The notes beneath the pieces are model-generated. The model had not been told where the DNA came from, did no database searches, and was given only the letters and a program-made list of their open reading frames with translations. Position numbers and translations under genes: made by a program. This document shows positions 35,443-56,900 of a DNA stretch of 64,000 nt, piece after piece (the first letter of the stretch is position 1; each line of letters begins with the position of its first letter). This stretch comes from the human T2T-CHM13v2.0 reference genome, Homo sapiens: the NCBI RefSeq assembly GCF_009914755.1, contig NC_060943.1; one strand, given 5' to 3'.

Positions 35443-35872
35443 TGACCAAAGGTTAGTTAAGCTTAACTTAACTCTCTTCTTGACTTAGTCAACCTTGGCT
35501 TGTTGCCCTGCTCCTGGTCTGAGAAGCTTATTTTCAGAAATGCTGCTAAGATTGCTTAGTAAAAATCCACATATTTTTTACATCTACCAAAATCCTCATT
35601 CCCCTTCCCTGATATTTAAGTCCTTAGCCTGCCTGTAAACAGAATTCTGTTACAAAAAAAAATTCCTCCTCCTTTGGTATTTTATCAAATTTATTTCAGT
35701 AATTTTTTATCCACTGATTTATTTGCTTATTGATTATAAATCCTGAGTTGTCTGTGTTCAGAGTTATGATCGATTTCTGAACCGTATTACAATGGCCATA
35801 ACATCTACTGCAATAGTGTTAAAGTCTTTCTTCCGAATTTTTAACAAATGTCATAATTTTTTTAATTTGACA
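35443..35872 (+). mobile_element. Old ERV1 (MER4-group, MER31/MER67-like) LTR
   Basis: tg...ca termini (tgaccaaagg...aatttgaca) and general resemblance only. Confidence 0.45.
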
Positions 35873-37154
35873 GTTTCCCAACAGGATGTTTGAGTATAAA
35901 ACCAGTTTTCAGTTCCTTCCCAAAAATGATGTCAACCACTGTGTAGTTGTATCTGCCTGACCCTTGCGTGTCTAAAAAAGTATGTTCTTATTTAAAGGGG
36001 TGAGGGTGGAAGATTATAGAGCTAACATTTTTCTAAAATGCTGAGTCATAATTGAAACCATACAAATAAAAGAGGTAGAATGCTTGGATTCCAACATTTT
36101 TTACCCTGAGGATACTTCGATGTCCATGATCCATATTACTGTGAAGATAATGCACAAAAAAGAAAACTGATGATTAAAATTGAACATGGTACAACGTATC
36201 ATTGACTAAAAACTAACATAAGAGAAAAATATTCTCAAAAACATTTGGGTATCCACAGTTTGACCCAGGAAAGTTGACTGGGTAGATATAATGGTCCATA
36301 TAGAAAATTTATAGAAGCAGAATCTGTAAATTATGATGTGAAAAAGTCAGATAATTTTTATTTAAATATAGTGATCATGATAACAATAATTCAGTTGAAT
36401 TAAAAATTAGAACAGATTAACTTGAATTTGTTATGTTCTATAAAATATAAATAATGGAGTTAAAATGTCATATATGAGTTTGCTCTGGAAAACACATTCT
36501 CAAATAAATAAAATCTGATTTTATTTGATTATTTGACTGATTTTATCTGTTTATTAAACCCATAATAAAATTATTTTGTGTGGTTCAAATTCTCTAACAT
36601 AACATAGTATGGTCAAAATGAAAGGGTAAAAATTGCAAGACCGACTTAATATTTGTCATCTTAAATGTACTATAAGGATGCCTTTTAAATTAATTCAGTG
36701 ATTAGGTTTTTAAGTGCATGGTTTAGGTTATACTGAAGTGTCAAATACCATCCCCGTAATTTGCAGTAGATTAACAGCATATTTTAGCACACATAACAGT
36801 GTTATTGAGTGACCAAGTTGAAAAAGCACCTCCTTTGCAAGTGGTAATTCAGGAACTCAGAGTTTTTTCATTATTTGCCTTCACCATCCATGAGTCTTGG
36901 TTGCCCTTTGTGCTCAGTCCGCTTAAAATAAAGTACTTAAGAAATACATGTGGGAAGATTTAATGGACTCAACTTAATGTGGCTCACATCTGTCTCACTC
37001 CATCAGCATTATCAATAACTGGTCACATTTCCACATCTAAGGCAAAGGAGGTTAAGAAATGTAATTCATCTGTGCCTAACAAAAGGAAGAATAGATTTTT
37101 ATGAACGACAAGAGTTTTCTGTTACAATATGTCACTCATATGGATTTACTGTGT

Positions 37155-37500
37155 TTCTCAAATATTTATTGAACATCTATTATAGCCAAGTACCGTGATA
37201 AGGGCTGAAGGGAGGACAGAGAGCTGAGACAGCAGAGTCCTAGTCTGAGAGAAACTCACAGTCTAAGAAAATAAGAAAATACATGGTATGAAGTGCCTGC
37301 TGTCATAAGAAAGAAAAGAATAATGTGAAAAGGCTCTGAAAGTTTAGTTAATTATTCTACTTTGGGAAACTTCCTGAAGATGATAGCAAGTAAGATCCAC
37401 TCTCAAAGATAAGTAAGATTTAGTTGATAGAGAAAGATGAATGCAGAAATGGTTGAGCAATGGCAGGGTGATAGGATGACAGAGGTGGCTACCATAACAT
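37155..37500. mobile_element. L2 fragment
   Basis: caaatatttattgaacatctattatagccaagtaccgtgataaggg...gaaactcacagtcta is typical of an L2 3' end. Confidence 0.6.
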
Positions 37501-38349
37501 GGGACAGAAAGCTTTATTTTTCTTAACTTGGCAGTAGGGTGGGGTAGGGTTGGAATTATCCCAAAGTCAATCCTTACTCAAAGTGAATCTTTTCACTCTG
37601 ATCTCACTCATGTTGGAATAGTTCTACAAGCTCTTGTGAGACTGTATTGTACACTGTGGGAGTGAAGAACAGAGTGTGGGTGACTCCTACCTTCATAGAA
37701 TTTAATATCCCATTTGTCTCAATATAGCCAGTGCCAAGAGTCATTTACATAGAAGTTTCAAATGCTTGAGAGAGACTGGCCTCTGAACTAAAAAGAGATC
37801 TCTGTCTGGACACAGGTGGAACTGTAAAATGTTCACTCTTTGTCCCCAGTTCGTTTTCATAGAATTCTTCATACCTGTTTCTATGAGAAATGAACTGGAT
37901 GTGTTTGAAGACAAGCTGAAGAGCTACGTTACCTCTGTGAACAAAGTGGGGATGCTGGCTCCATTAACCCTGCAGGTGAAAAAGCTGATCAACCCCAGGT
38001 CATATTTTGTAAACATGTTTAAGGCTAAATTAAAATTTGAACATGCTCTAAGAATTTTTTTTCAATAGCCTGTTTATTTTTAATGCCTATTGGAAAAATT
38101 GAAATGAATATTTAATTTCAAATTTGGACAAAATAAAACACCAAACACTTTTTTCATTAAGATGCTAAAGAAAGTTTATTTATATCTTTTGAACTTTGTC
38201 TTAAATTCATTTGTATCTTAAAATGGAAGCTTTCTTTGAAAACTACATATTCTAGCTCACTGACATTGAATGGAAAGTTATTAACTATTCCCCAATGAGG
38301 AAGGATCTTCTAAAATGGGGCTAAAATACATGAAATAAATGGTTTCCAA

Positions 38350-42260
<3,911 letters not shown>

Positions 42261-42599
42261 CCGTGTAGTAAAAATAATTATTTTGTCTTTCAAATCTAGA
42301 TTAGCGATTCACTCAGAATAAATATGCTGTATACATTGGTAGTCATTTAACTTTTTCCAATAAGCTAACCAATTTCAGCATGTTCTAAATATGTAAAAAT
42401 GTTAAATTGTGTTTTATTTTCATTTACTCTCAGCTGTCATTCACTCACCCAGAATTCCATTACTTCACACATAGAACTTCCATTACTGTAAAGTCCCTGG
42501 TAATTGTATTTCTTCCTGTATCTTTCAATCTTTAGCAATTCCACAACACAAAACAACCAAAGTTAGTCTTTATGTCAAAAATCTTCAATGGATATTTTT

Positions 42600-43530
42600 C
42601 ATCAGAGGATTCCTTAGTGCAACATTTAATGGAACAGATGCATGCTGCTGAAATATAATTCTCCAAAAGTCTCTTAGAGTTTGTTGTTTTGTTATTTATT
42701 ACATCATATATCTGTCCTGTTCCAGATTATTTTTCAAAGATTTTTGTACACAAATAGCCTGGAAAAAGAGTAGTAGTTTTTCTCTTCAGGTGAATGACAG
42801 ATAAATTACTCAACCAATATGATAAAGACAATGTTTGTCTGTGAGGCAAAGATTGGACAGGTTTGCATGTGAACTACTTTAAAAAGATTAGGGTTTCTTT
42901 ATCTTGAGATTACTCGGCTGTGACACAAATCTTTCCCATGTGCAATGTCCATCTGAGCCTTTTGAAATCCCTTTTAAAAATCGAGTATAGACAGGGAGAA
43001 CTAATACAAATATGAAGCTTTTGCCTTCAGTTATGCAGAAAATAAGTAAATATTTTTGTCATACTTAAGTGTCTCATGCCTTTTACCAGCATCCATGAAA
43101 CTAGAAGGTTTATAGGTTGGTTTACAAATTAGGTAGAATCTACGATCCTTCACAATTATTTAGTTTTGGTGATGAAAATATGATGCTGAGATAAACACAA
43201 CTTTCTAAAAGGGGGAGAGAAACAAATACTTGAAGAGTTTGCAAGGGAATATGAGAAGTCTCCCCAGGTCCAACAGCAAATTCTCTGAGCCAAGTGGTTA
43301 GTGAGGTGAAACAAGAGCTCTACACTCTGCTGTCTACTAAAGAGGCTGATGTGTGGGAGGATTAAAACTAGGAGCCTGAGTGCTTTGCATGTTCATGTTT
43401 CTCCTGCTAGAAGGATCAAGCAGTCTTTAAAGCTGATGTTGAGGCTTGGATGAGTCCAAAACACTAGAAGTTTATGCGGTTGAGCTATGAGCAGTCTAAA
43501 GGCTGCTAAAAGCTAAATTAAATGGGTCTT
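42600..43530 (+). mobile_element. Ancient ERVL-type LTR (MER73/74-like) plus start of internal region
   Basis: ccagcatccatgaaact...gatccttcacaatt LTR end followed by a tggtgatga PBS-like start; family name tentative. Confidence 0.45.
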
Positions 43531-43539
43531 GTTAGTGCC

Positions 43540-43832
<293 letters not shown>

Positions 43833-44442
43833 GTTAGTCCCTTCTTTACCCAGATGAAGGTTCTCACTCCCTCTGCACTCCTAAATTTTTTCCTTCATCT
43901 ATAGCCAACTTAAGCAACTTTAAATATTAAACTACATAGGATTGGAGATTTGGAGGGGGAAACTCAAGCTTTTGTAGTTCCGTTAGATACAGGTATCCAA
44001 TTTACCATTCTGTGTAGTCTCCTAGGGTGCACAGCGAGATATAGGTACAAGGGTGGGTGGAAGTGCTGACAAGTGTAGGGTCAAGAATGATTACAAAGTG
44101 GTAGAAAGTAAAAAGTTCTTAATCCTGGGTACTCTTAAAATGTAAGGCATCACAGACCTTAGTATAGCAAACCAAGAGAGAAAAAAATCTACCAACCACC
44201 CAATCCCTCTGCATGCTAATCACTTCTGGCCCCTTGCGCCCTCATGCTCCTGCCCAGGGGATAGTGCTATCCTACTTTAGCCCTTGCCTCAAACAAATAT
44301 TAAACACTACGGTCTGTGCTTACATAGAAAAAGCTGAGCAGAGGGAAAAATAAGTTGGATTAATTCCACACATGCTTCATGACTCTCATAAATTACAAAC
44401 TGTAGGGTGGACATATTAACAATCAGAGTTCTGTAAACATAG

Positions 44443-44785
44443 ATTTTATTTTATTTTATTTTATTTATCCTATTTTATTTTATTTTATTTTATTTTATTT
44501 TATTTTATTTTAATGTTTGAGAGAGGGTCTCACTTTCACCCAGGTTGAAGTGCAGTGGTGTAATCTCAGCTCAATGCAAACTTCATCTCCTGGGCTCAAG
44601 TGATCCTCCCAAATAGCTGTAACTATGGATGTGCACCATCACACGCGGGTAATTTTTTTACTTTTTGTAGAGATGTGGTTTTGCCATGTAGCCCAAGCTA
44701 GTCTCGAACTCCTGAGCTCAACTGAGCCATTCACCTCAGCCTCCAAAAGTGCTAGGATTACAGGAGTGAGCCATCACACCTGGCA
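44443..44785 (-). mobile_element. AluJ with (TTTTA)n tail
   Basis: AluJ features (ctcctgggctcaagtgatcctccc); TSD cagagttctgtaa on both sides. Confidence 0.88.
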
Positions 44786-45184
44786 GAGTTCTGTAAGTAT
44801 AGATTTTAATGAGCATTATGTGGCAATAGATGTTCTTAGATTTATAGACATAAATATTTAATTGATATTAAGTACAACCCCAAGGCTCTTTTTTTAAAGT
44901 TCTCTGATTACTACTGTGAGTTAGGCAAGTCAAGTCAGATCCTTCTGCTTTGACTGATGATAAAAATAGGCAGAGAGTGTGAGTCACCAGGCAGTGGGGA
45001 GCAGAGAAAAAAGTTTGGACTGTACTTCATTGATCTATTTCTTCTCTGATTGGCACTTTTCTGTCTCTCCACAAAGTTCAACAATTTGTGATTTTTCATA
45101 GTTTGTGTCTGAAGTGTCCAGAAATGTTAATAGGTTCCAGCTGAGCTTTGCCTTTGGAATAATTTACTATCTGTTGTCTACAGA

Positions 45185-45440
45185 AGAAAATATATGCAGC
45201 TATTTAAGGACATATTATGTGCCAAGCACTGTGTTAAGCAGTAGCTTACAGGTGCGAGTTGACTTAATCTTTAGGGACACTCAAGGATCAATGGACTCAT
45301 TATTCCAATTTTACATAGAAGGATAAAATGTTGTCTCATTGTGAGTGACTGCTTAGAAAGAATAAATGAATAACCAAAGCTACATGGCTGGTAAGTGGTA
45401 AACTAGAATCTCAAAAACCAATCATTTAATCCTATCCTTT
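45185..45440. mobile_element. MIR fragment
   Basis: tatgtgccaagcactgtgttaag...attccaattttacatagaagga...ctacatggctggtaagtgg. Confidence 0.6.
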
Positions 45441-46018
45441 TGGCAAGCTGAGCAGCCCCTTGCCAGTGGTCTAAAACAATGCCAGGAAAAGAGGGGGTGA
45501 CAACTGTGCATTTGATAAACAGGTAAAAGCCTGGTGTTGATATTAAGAAAAAAAACTATTCAATTATTGTAACACTTGACATCCATTTTTAACTTAATGC
45601 AGCACATAAAAGTGTTTACAAAAGTTGCACATGCTTTTGAGATCAACATTTGGGAGGGATTTACATAGAATATACATTTACCTTAAAAAACATGCTTAGC
45701 CACTGGTAACTCTATGTCTATCAAATTAGGTGTTTCAACTAAGAATGAGATTGCTAATTATGTTTTTAATATATTTTAAATAAGTTCAGTCATTACTATT
45801 CAGTGATCACTAATAACAGGTTGGATACATCTTAGACCAGATAGCACATGTGTGAGTGTGAGTGTGTGTGCAATGCATATTTTGCCTATGTTTCTGTATA
45901 TAATATATATTTATCTATATATTTTACATAATATATATAATATATAGCATATGTAAAGATAATACACAGATATATATTACATGACAAAAACATGTATTCT
46001 CTTTGTATTAGTGTTTAA

Positions 46019-46690
<672 letters not shown>

Positions 46691-46774
46691 TCTTGTCTTT
46701 TTAAAGATCTATTCTAGACTCTCCACCCAAACTCAATTACCAAAACTCTAGGTTTCTGAGGTGTTTGATTTTCG

Positions 46775-47031
46775 TTCCTGACTCCTGAATAGCACCTCTG
46801 AACCTACCTAGGGCCTGGAGAGCCTTGCCAAACTGAAGGGGGAAATACAGGCCTGGCTGGCTTTTTCACCTGTTGATTGTAGAGCCACAGCATCTTGAGT
46901 GAACATAGGGAGCAACCAGGAAGCTGTAACAGCAGGCCTTGGGTAAGACCAAGCACTCTGCTGGATTCAGGTCTGACCTAATGCAGTCATAGTTGTGATG
47001 GCCACAGAGATGCACTTTCATGTGTCTCAGA

Positions 47032-47063
<32 letters not shown>

Positions 47064-47765
47064 AGAGAGAAACTCCATTTGTTTGGGAGAAAGTAAGGGA
47101 AGAAAAGAAGAGTCTCTGCCTGGTAATTCAGAAAATTCTCCTGGATCTTGTCCAAGACAATCTTGTTCAAAGCCATCAAGGTAGTACCTCTGTGAGTCTG
47201 CAAGAACCACATTGTTACTGGGCTTGAGGAGTCCCCTAAAGTAGAAAAATCTTAGATCACAACACCCAAGTCCTTTCAAATATCTCTGAAGCCTTCCCAA
47301 GAACAATGACTACAAACAATCCCAGGGAGTGTTGACTATAACAAATATCAAAATCTTCAATGGTGAGACACCCACAAAGATCTACTGGCATCAACAAATG
47401 ATTTAAAATAATACTTAACCAAATGAACTAAAAAAGGAACCAGGGACGAATCCTGCAGAAACAGAAATATGTGATTTTCCTGATAGAAAATTCAAAATGG
47501 CTGTGTCAAGGAAACAAAGAAATTCAAGATAACAAAGAGAAGGAATTCAGAATTCTCTCAGATATATTTAACATGCAGAAAAAAATAATTTTAAAAAGAG
47601 TCAAGGAGAAATTTTGGAGATACAAATGCAATGCAATAACTGAAGAATGCATCAGAGTCTTTTAATAGTAGAATTGATCAAGCAGAAGAAAGAATTAGTG
47701 AGCCTCAAGACAGGCTATTTGAAAATACAGAGTCAGAGGAGACAAAAGAAAAAAGAATAAACAAC
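46775..47765 (+). mobile_element. L1PB/L1MA 5'UTR-ORF1 fragment with (CA)n(GA)n
   Basis: ORF1-like (gaaattcaagataacaaagagaaggaattcagaattctc; gatcaagcagaagaaagaattagtgagc). Confidence 0.8.
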
Positions 47766-47772
47766 TCACAGT

Positions 47773-50600
<2,828 letters not shown>

Positions 50601-50619
50601 CAGGATTGGGGATCATAAG

Positions 50620-52525
50620 ATCTCAAACTCCTGGTCTCAAGCAAACCCTGCCTCAGCCTCTTAAGTAGCTGAGACTATAGGCGCACACCACAACGCCCAG
50701 CTAATTTTGTTGTATTTTTGGTAGAGATGGAATTTTGCTGTGTTTTCCATGATGGTCTCAAACTCCTTGCCTCAAGCAACTCTCCCAGCTTGGCCTGCAA
50801 AGTGCTGGAATTACAGGCATAAACCATCACACTCAGCACCTATAATTTGATATTTTAAACAATACTATCTAGTGAAACCTATAACAAAGTCATGTAGGGA
50901 AAGAAAGCTCACTAACACAGTGTAAAATTGTATGGATATGATGCATGCACATGTGTGCATACATGCTTGTGTGTGTGCGTGGGTGTGTGTTTTCCGAGAA
51001 ATGGTACTTTATTGCTACAAGGCTAGGATAGCATTCATGTTCATCTGGTGATGTCAAATATTGAAATTCCAGGATTCACATAACAAGATTCCTAACTCAT
51101 TCACAACACGGTGAACACTGTGAAACACAATTGAGAAATGGGTACTTTGGAAGAAACAACTGGCCTAGGGACAAGAGACAGTGTGCAAGCCATCTGCTCC
51201 ATGAAATGCTTTGTTCAGAGCATGCATTTCATGCACTTCATTCCACGGTGACAGATATTGCTACTCTGAGGTCGTGAGACATTGAACCTAGGGTTTGCTG
51301 TGAAACTCTATAGACTGAACATCTGTCTGCAGTATCTCCTGCCTCTACCCATAACCTGTGCCACACACCAGTGGCGCACTCTTCTCTCTGGATAAATGAA
51401 AGTTCTGGATGATCCGATGTGCAGAGAATTAGGCTGTTTTTCCCAGGGGCTCTAGTTGAATTTTTTTGGGACTGTCTGGGAGGATGCCCTCCACGTTGTC
51501 CAAGGGGAATCACGAGAAAACCGGTGACCCCATGTGCCTCCATTCCCTCCCCCTTCCTCCCCTACCGCTCCATCAGGGATCGCATTTATTCCAGAATGAT
51601 ACTTGCTTTCATTGTCATTGGGCGTCACCTAGCAGCGACCGTTATTGAAAATTTAAGCAGCGTAGAACAGAAAAAGCTCTAGTCACCTGTGCACAGCTTA
51701 CTGCAATGGTGAACTTCTGGGCTTAAGCAGTCCTCTTGTCTCAGCTTCCTGAGTAGCTGAGACTATAGGCCTGTGCCACAATGATCAGCAATTTTTTCAA
51801 GTAGTGATAAACTCTCTCTCTTCCAGGTTGCTCTGGAACTCCTGGCCTCTAGCCATCTTCCCACCTTGGTCTCCAGAAGTGCTAGAATTACAGGCATGAG
51901 ACACTATGCCCAGTCCTATAATTTGATATTTTCAACAATACTATCTAATGAAACTCATTACAAACACATTTGGCAAAAGGAAGCTCACTATCATGATATA
52001 AACTTGTAGACATATGGTGCGCTCCCACGAGCGTATGTGCCTGCATGTGTGTCTGTTTTCTGAGAAATGGTACTCTTTTCCCCAGGGGCTGTGGTTGAAG
52101 AGTTGTGGGGACTGTCTGGGAGGGTGCCCTGGGCCCAGAAATGTAATCCAAGAGAGATCAGAAGACCGGCGACCCCATATGCCTCCATCCCCTTCCCCTT
52201 CCACGCCCACCCCTCAACAAGGGATCCCACTCATTCCAGGCTGACCCTTCATTTGGTTGTCATCTGGTGTCACCTAGAGGTCACTGTTATTGAAAACATA
52301 GGCATCCCATCAAAACTCCTGGCTGCCTGCACACAGCCAGGGAAAACTGTGGTTTCCCTTGGGCCCCACGCTGACCTCGGTGGCACTCCCGCCCTCCCTC
52401 CACCCACTGCCTTGTTGCCTAAGGAACCTCCACCCTGGCTAGGCCCCATTGTTCTTTTATCATTTGTGTTTCTTTCTTTTTTTTTTTTTTTTAACAAGCA
52501 TAGACTCTTCTACCTTGGTTTTAAA
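50620..52525 (+). other. Degenerate rDNA intergenic-spacer-like sequence (block 1), internally duplicated
   Basis: tgacccttcatttggttgtc...cacctagaggtcactgttattgaaa and ttgcctaaggaacctccaccctggctaggccccattgttc...tagactcttctac match my recollection of the human rDNA IGS; clearest at 52230-52525; not verified by alignment. Confidence 0.6.
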
Positions 52526-52530
52526 AATGG

Positions 52531-53281
<751 letters not shown>

Positions 53282-53282
53282 T

Positions 53283-53620
53283 TTTTTTTTTTTCTGAGAT
53301 AGTTTCACTCTTGTTGCCCAGACTAGAGTACAATGGTGCTATCTTGGCTCACTGCAACCTCCCCCTCCCAGGTTCAAGCGATTCTGCTGCCTCAGCCTCC
53401 TGAGTAGCTGGGATAACAGGCACCCACCACTACGCCCAGCTATATTTTTGTATTTTTAGTAGAGATGGGATTTCACCATGCCTATATTTTTGTATTTTTA
53501 GTAGAGATGGGATTTCACCATGCTGGCCAGGCTGGTCTTGAACTCCTGACCTCAGGCAATCTGCCCACCTTGGTGTCACAAAGAGCTGGGACGACAGGTG
53601 TGAGTCACCGCGCCTAGCTT
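53283..53620 (-). mobile_element. AluSq/Sp-like SINE with an internal 42-bp tandem duplication
   Basis: Full minus-strand Alu; 53440-53481 is identical to 53482-53523. Confidence 0.9.
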
Positions 53621-53984
53621 AAATTGCGATTTTTAAAAATAAATGAGTTTCCAGGAAAAAAAAATGAAAAAAACCCACAGTGAAACATATGCCTCTCGAC
53701 TTTTGAGGCAGCAACGACACTATAAAATTATATGTAGTTCCTTAACTCAGCTCATTTCTTGACTGGGGACCATAGGCATTTGGGCCACTTCCTCATGGAA
53801 CTTACTTGTGCTTCAGGGTCTGTTCAGACCTGATCAGGTCCACACAGCTTCTGTGTTATGCTGAAGTGCTGTTGTGCACACCCATTTACACCCAGTTTGT
53901 GATGAGCAGCTCGGTTCACATGGTAACTTCATGGCCCCACGGTTGGGCATTTTGTTTCTACTAGCAGCCAGAGAGGTTAGCTGA

Positions 53985-56900
53985 GACAGAATCTTCTCTT
54001 TTGCCGATGGCAGCATGGGAATGAAGGATGTGATAGGCATATTTGGAATTTGTATAAATGTTGACTTGTTTGCCTTTGGGAAGGGTTAGGGCTCTGGTGA
54101 GAGCTATAAGTTCTGCTTTTTGGGAGGAGGTTCCTGGAGGTAGGGGCCTGGCTTTAATTACTTGGTCAAGAGAAACAACTGCATATCCAGCAATTTTGGG
54201 GGAGCCAGTGGGCCTGGAAGAGGAGCCATCTATGAACAGCTGGTCACTGGGGTTGGTGAGAGACTTGGAGGAAATGTTTGGGAAGTGTGGCTGCAGGTGG
54301 TCTTGGATGTCAGTGCAAGAATAAGTAGAAAGGGAAGAGGATACAAGAAGTAAGGATGCTGGGTTGAGGGGAGCACTTTTGGCAAGGCAGAATTTGGGAT
54401 TTTTGATAAAGAGGGCATGGAGTAATTGAATCTGGGAAGGAGGAAGAGAGCTTAATGCTTGGGAGGAGAGGAGATCTTGTAGACTATGAGGACTGTAGAC
54501 AGTGGTATTTTGGCTGAATGTTAGTTTCTTGCTTTCTAGAGCTAAAACTGTGGCTGCTGCCAGTGCTCTAAGACAGGTTGGCCACCCTTTGACTGAGTTG
54601 CTGAGTTGTTTAGAGAGGTAGGCTACAGGAGCAAAGGAAGAAGGATTTTGTTTTTGTTGTCTTGAGACACCAAGGGCTATTCCTTGGTTTTTGGCAGTAT
54701 AGAGAGTGAAAGGTTGGGATATACTAGGTAAGGACAGAGCTGGTGCAGTGATAAGATTGGTTTAGAGTTTGTGGAAGTTGGGGAGTATGTTATGTGAGGA
54801 GTTTAGGTGTTTGTTGAGGGGGTCTTTGGCTGCTTTATAAAGGGGGCAAGCTAGGAGGGCAAAGTTGGGAATCCATATTTTTAGAAAGCCTGTTATCCCT
54901 AGGAAAGAAAGGATTTTGCTTTTTTAAGAAGGTAGAGATAGGCTGACTATTAAGGCTGCCGATGCCAAGGTCATGGCTCGGGACCTGGGGGAGAGTTGAA
55001 GTCCTAAGCAGGTCACCATAGGGGTGGAAAGCTGTGCTTTGGAGGGGGAGACCCTATGGCCTTTATTAGTAAGGAAATTGAGAAGGGTGGCAGCATGAGT
55101 TTGGGAGATTTTTAAGGAGGGGCTACAGAGGAGGAGGTCATCTACATATTGAAGAAGGCAGCTGGAGGAAAGATTTAAGGAGGTGAAGTCTTGGGCTAGG
55201 GCTTGCCCAAAGAAATGAGGGCTATCCCTGAAGACCTGAAGGAGGACAGTCCATGTGAGTTGTTGTGACTGGAGAGTGTTGGGGTCAGTCTGGGTGAAAG
55301 CAAAGAGGTTTTGGGAATCAGGGTGTAGGGGAATGGTGAAGAAGGCATCTTTCAGTTCAATTGTGGTATAGTGGGTGGTGTTGGAGGGGACAAGAGAGAA
55401 AAGTGTATAGAAGTTAGGGACTACAGGATGAATAGGGAGGACAGCCTGATTGATAGCTCGGTGGTCCTGGATGAGTGGTATGAGCCATCAGATGTTTTAA
55501 TAGGGAGGATGGGGGTGTTATACGGAGAGTGTGTTGGTCTAAGAAGACTGCATGAGCAGAGCTTGTTTATGATGGGTTGTAAGCCCTTTTGGTATGTTAG
55601 GGAAATGGGGAATTGGGGAACACTGGGAAATTTAGAGGGTTGTTTTAACTGGATTTTGATGGGGTCCTAGTGAGCAGCTATGTAAGGGGTGGTGGTGTCC
55701 ACACTACTGGATTAATGAGGGAGGCGGCTAGCGGGTGCTGGGGAGGAGGGGTCAGAGGCTGGACTAGCAGAGAGGAGCAGGAGAGACTCTGGTTGAGGGG
55801 GACAGAAAAAGTTGATAGAAGCCTTGAATTTGGCTAAAATGTCTCGGCCTAGGATGGGGGTGGGGCAATGAGGCATGATAAGGAAGGAGTGTGAAAAAAC
55901 AGTATTAAATAGGGAACAAGTAAGGGATTCAGTAGTGCATGGACATGAGAAGAGTACATCAACCCCCACAACAGAGACCTGGGAAGGGTAAATGGGTCCT
56001 AAAAATACAAGTAAAGCCGATTAGGTGGCTCCACTGTTGATTAAAAAAGAGATCGGTTTACCTGCTATTAGCAGAGTTACCCTGGGCTCCAATGCAGTGA
56101 CGGCAGATGGGGCCGGGGGCCCTGGGCTCTGTCAGTCTCCAGCAGCCAGGCCAAGGAGGTGTGGGAGTGTGAGTGACTCTTCACTCTTTGATTTGCCAGG
56201 GCTTTGAGGAACCGGCCTGTTAGTCTGCTTGTTAAGAGGACAATCAGACTTCCATTGACTGGTTTGTTGGCAGGCTGGGCAAGGAGTTTTTGGTATTCGT
56301 GGGTTAGGGCATGTTCAGGCCTAATGGTCTTCTTTGCCACACTTAAAACAGGGCCCAGGAGGGTCACTGCTATTGGGTCTTTTGAGCCTCTGGGCAGCCT
56401 GGGTAGATAGCTGCTGCTAGGAGCTGGTATTTAGCCTGATCTTGTTGGGCTTTATTTAATTTATTTTGCCCATCTCTGTTGTTGAAGACCTTAAAGGCCA
56501 GGATAAGAAGGTCTTGTAGAGGGTTTTGATGGCCATCTTCTACCTTTTTGAGCTTGCGCTGTATGTCAGGAGCAGACTGAGAGATGAAATGGGTATTAAG
56601 AACAATAGTTCCTTCCTGGGAGGTGGGGTCAACACTGGTGTATTTTTGGAGGGCCTCTGTAAAGCGGGAAAGAAATTTGGCAAGATTTTCATTGGCCCTT
56701 TGGGAGATTTTTTTTTTTTGAGTTTTTTAAAGTTTACGGCCTTGTGGGCAGCTTCGTTAAGGCCTGCAATAAGGAAGTGATCATGTGGTTATGAGATGCC
56801 AGCCGGGCTCTGTGGGTTGGTACTCCCAGGAGGATTTTTCCCGGGGAAATGCAGCAGCCTTTATGGGCTTAGGAGGGTCTTGCCAATGAAGATCGTCAGC

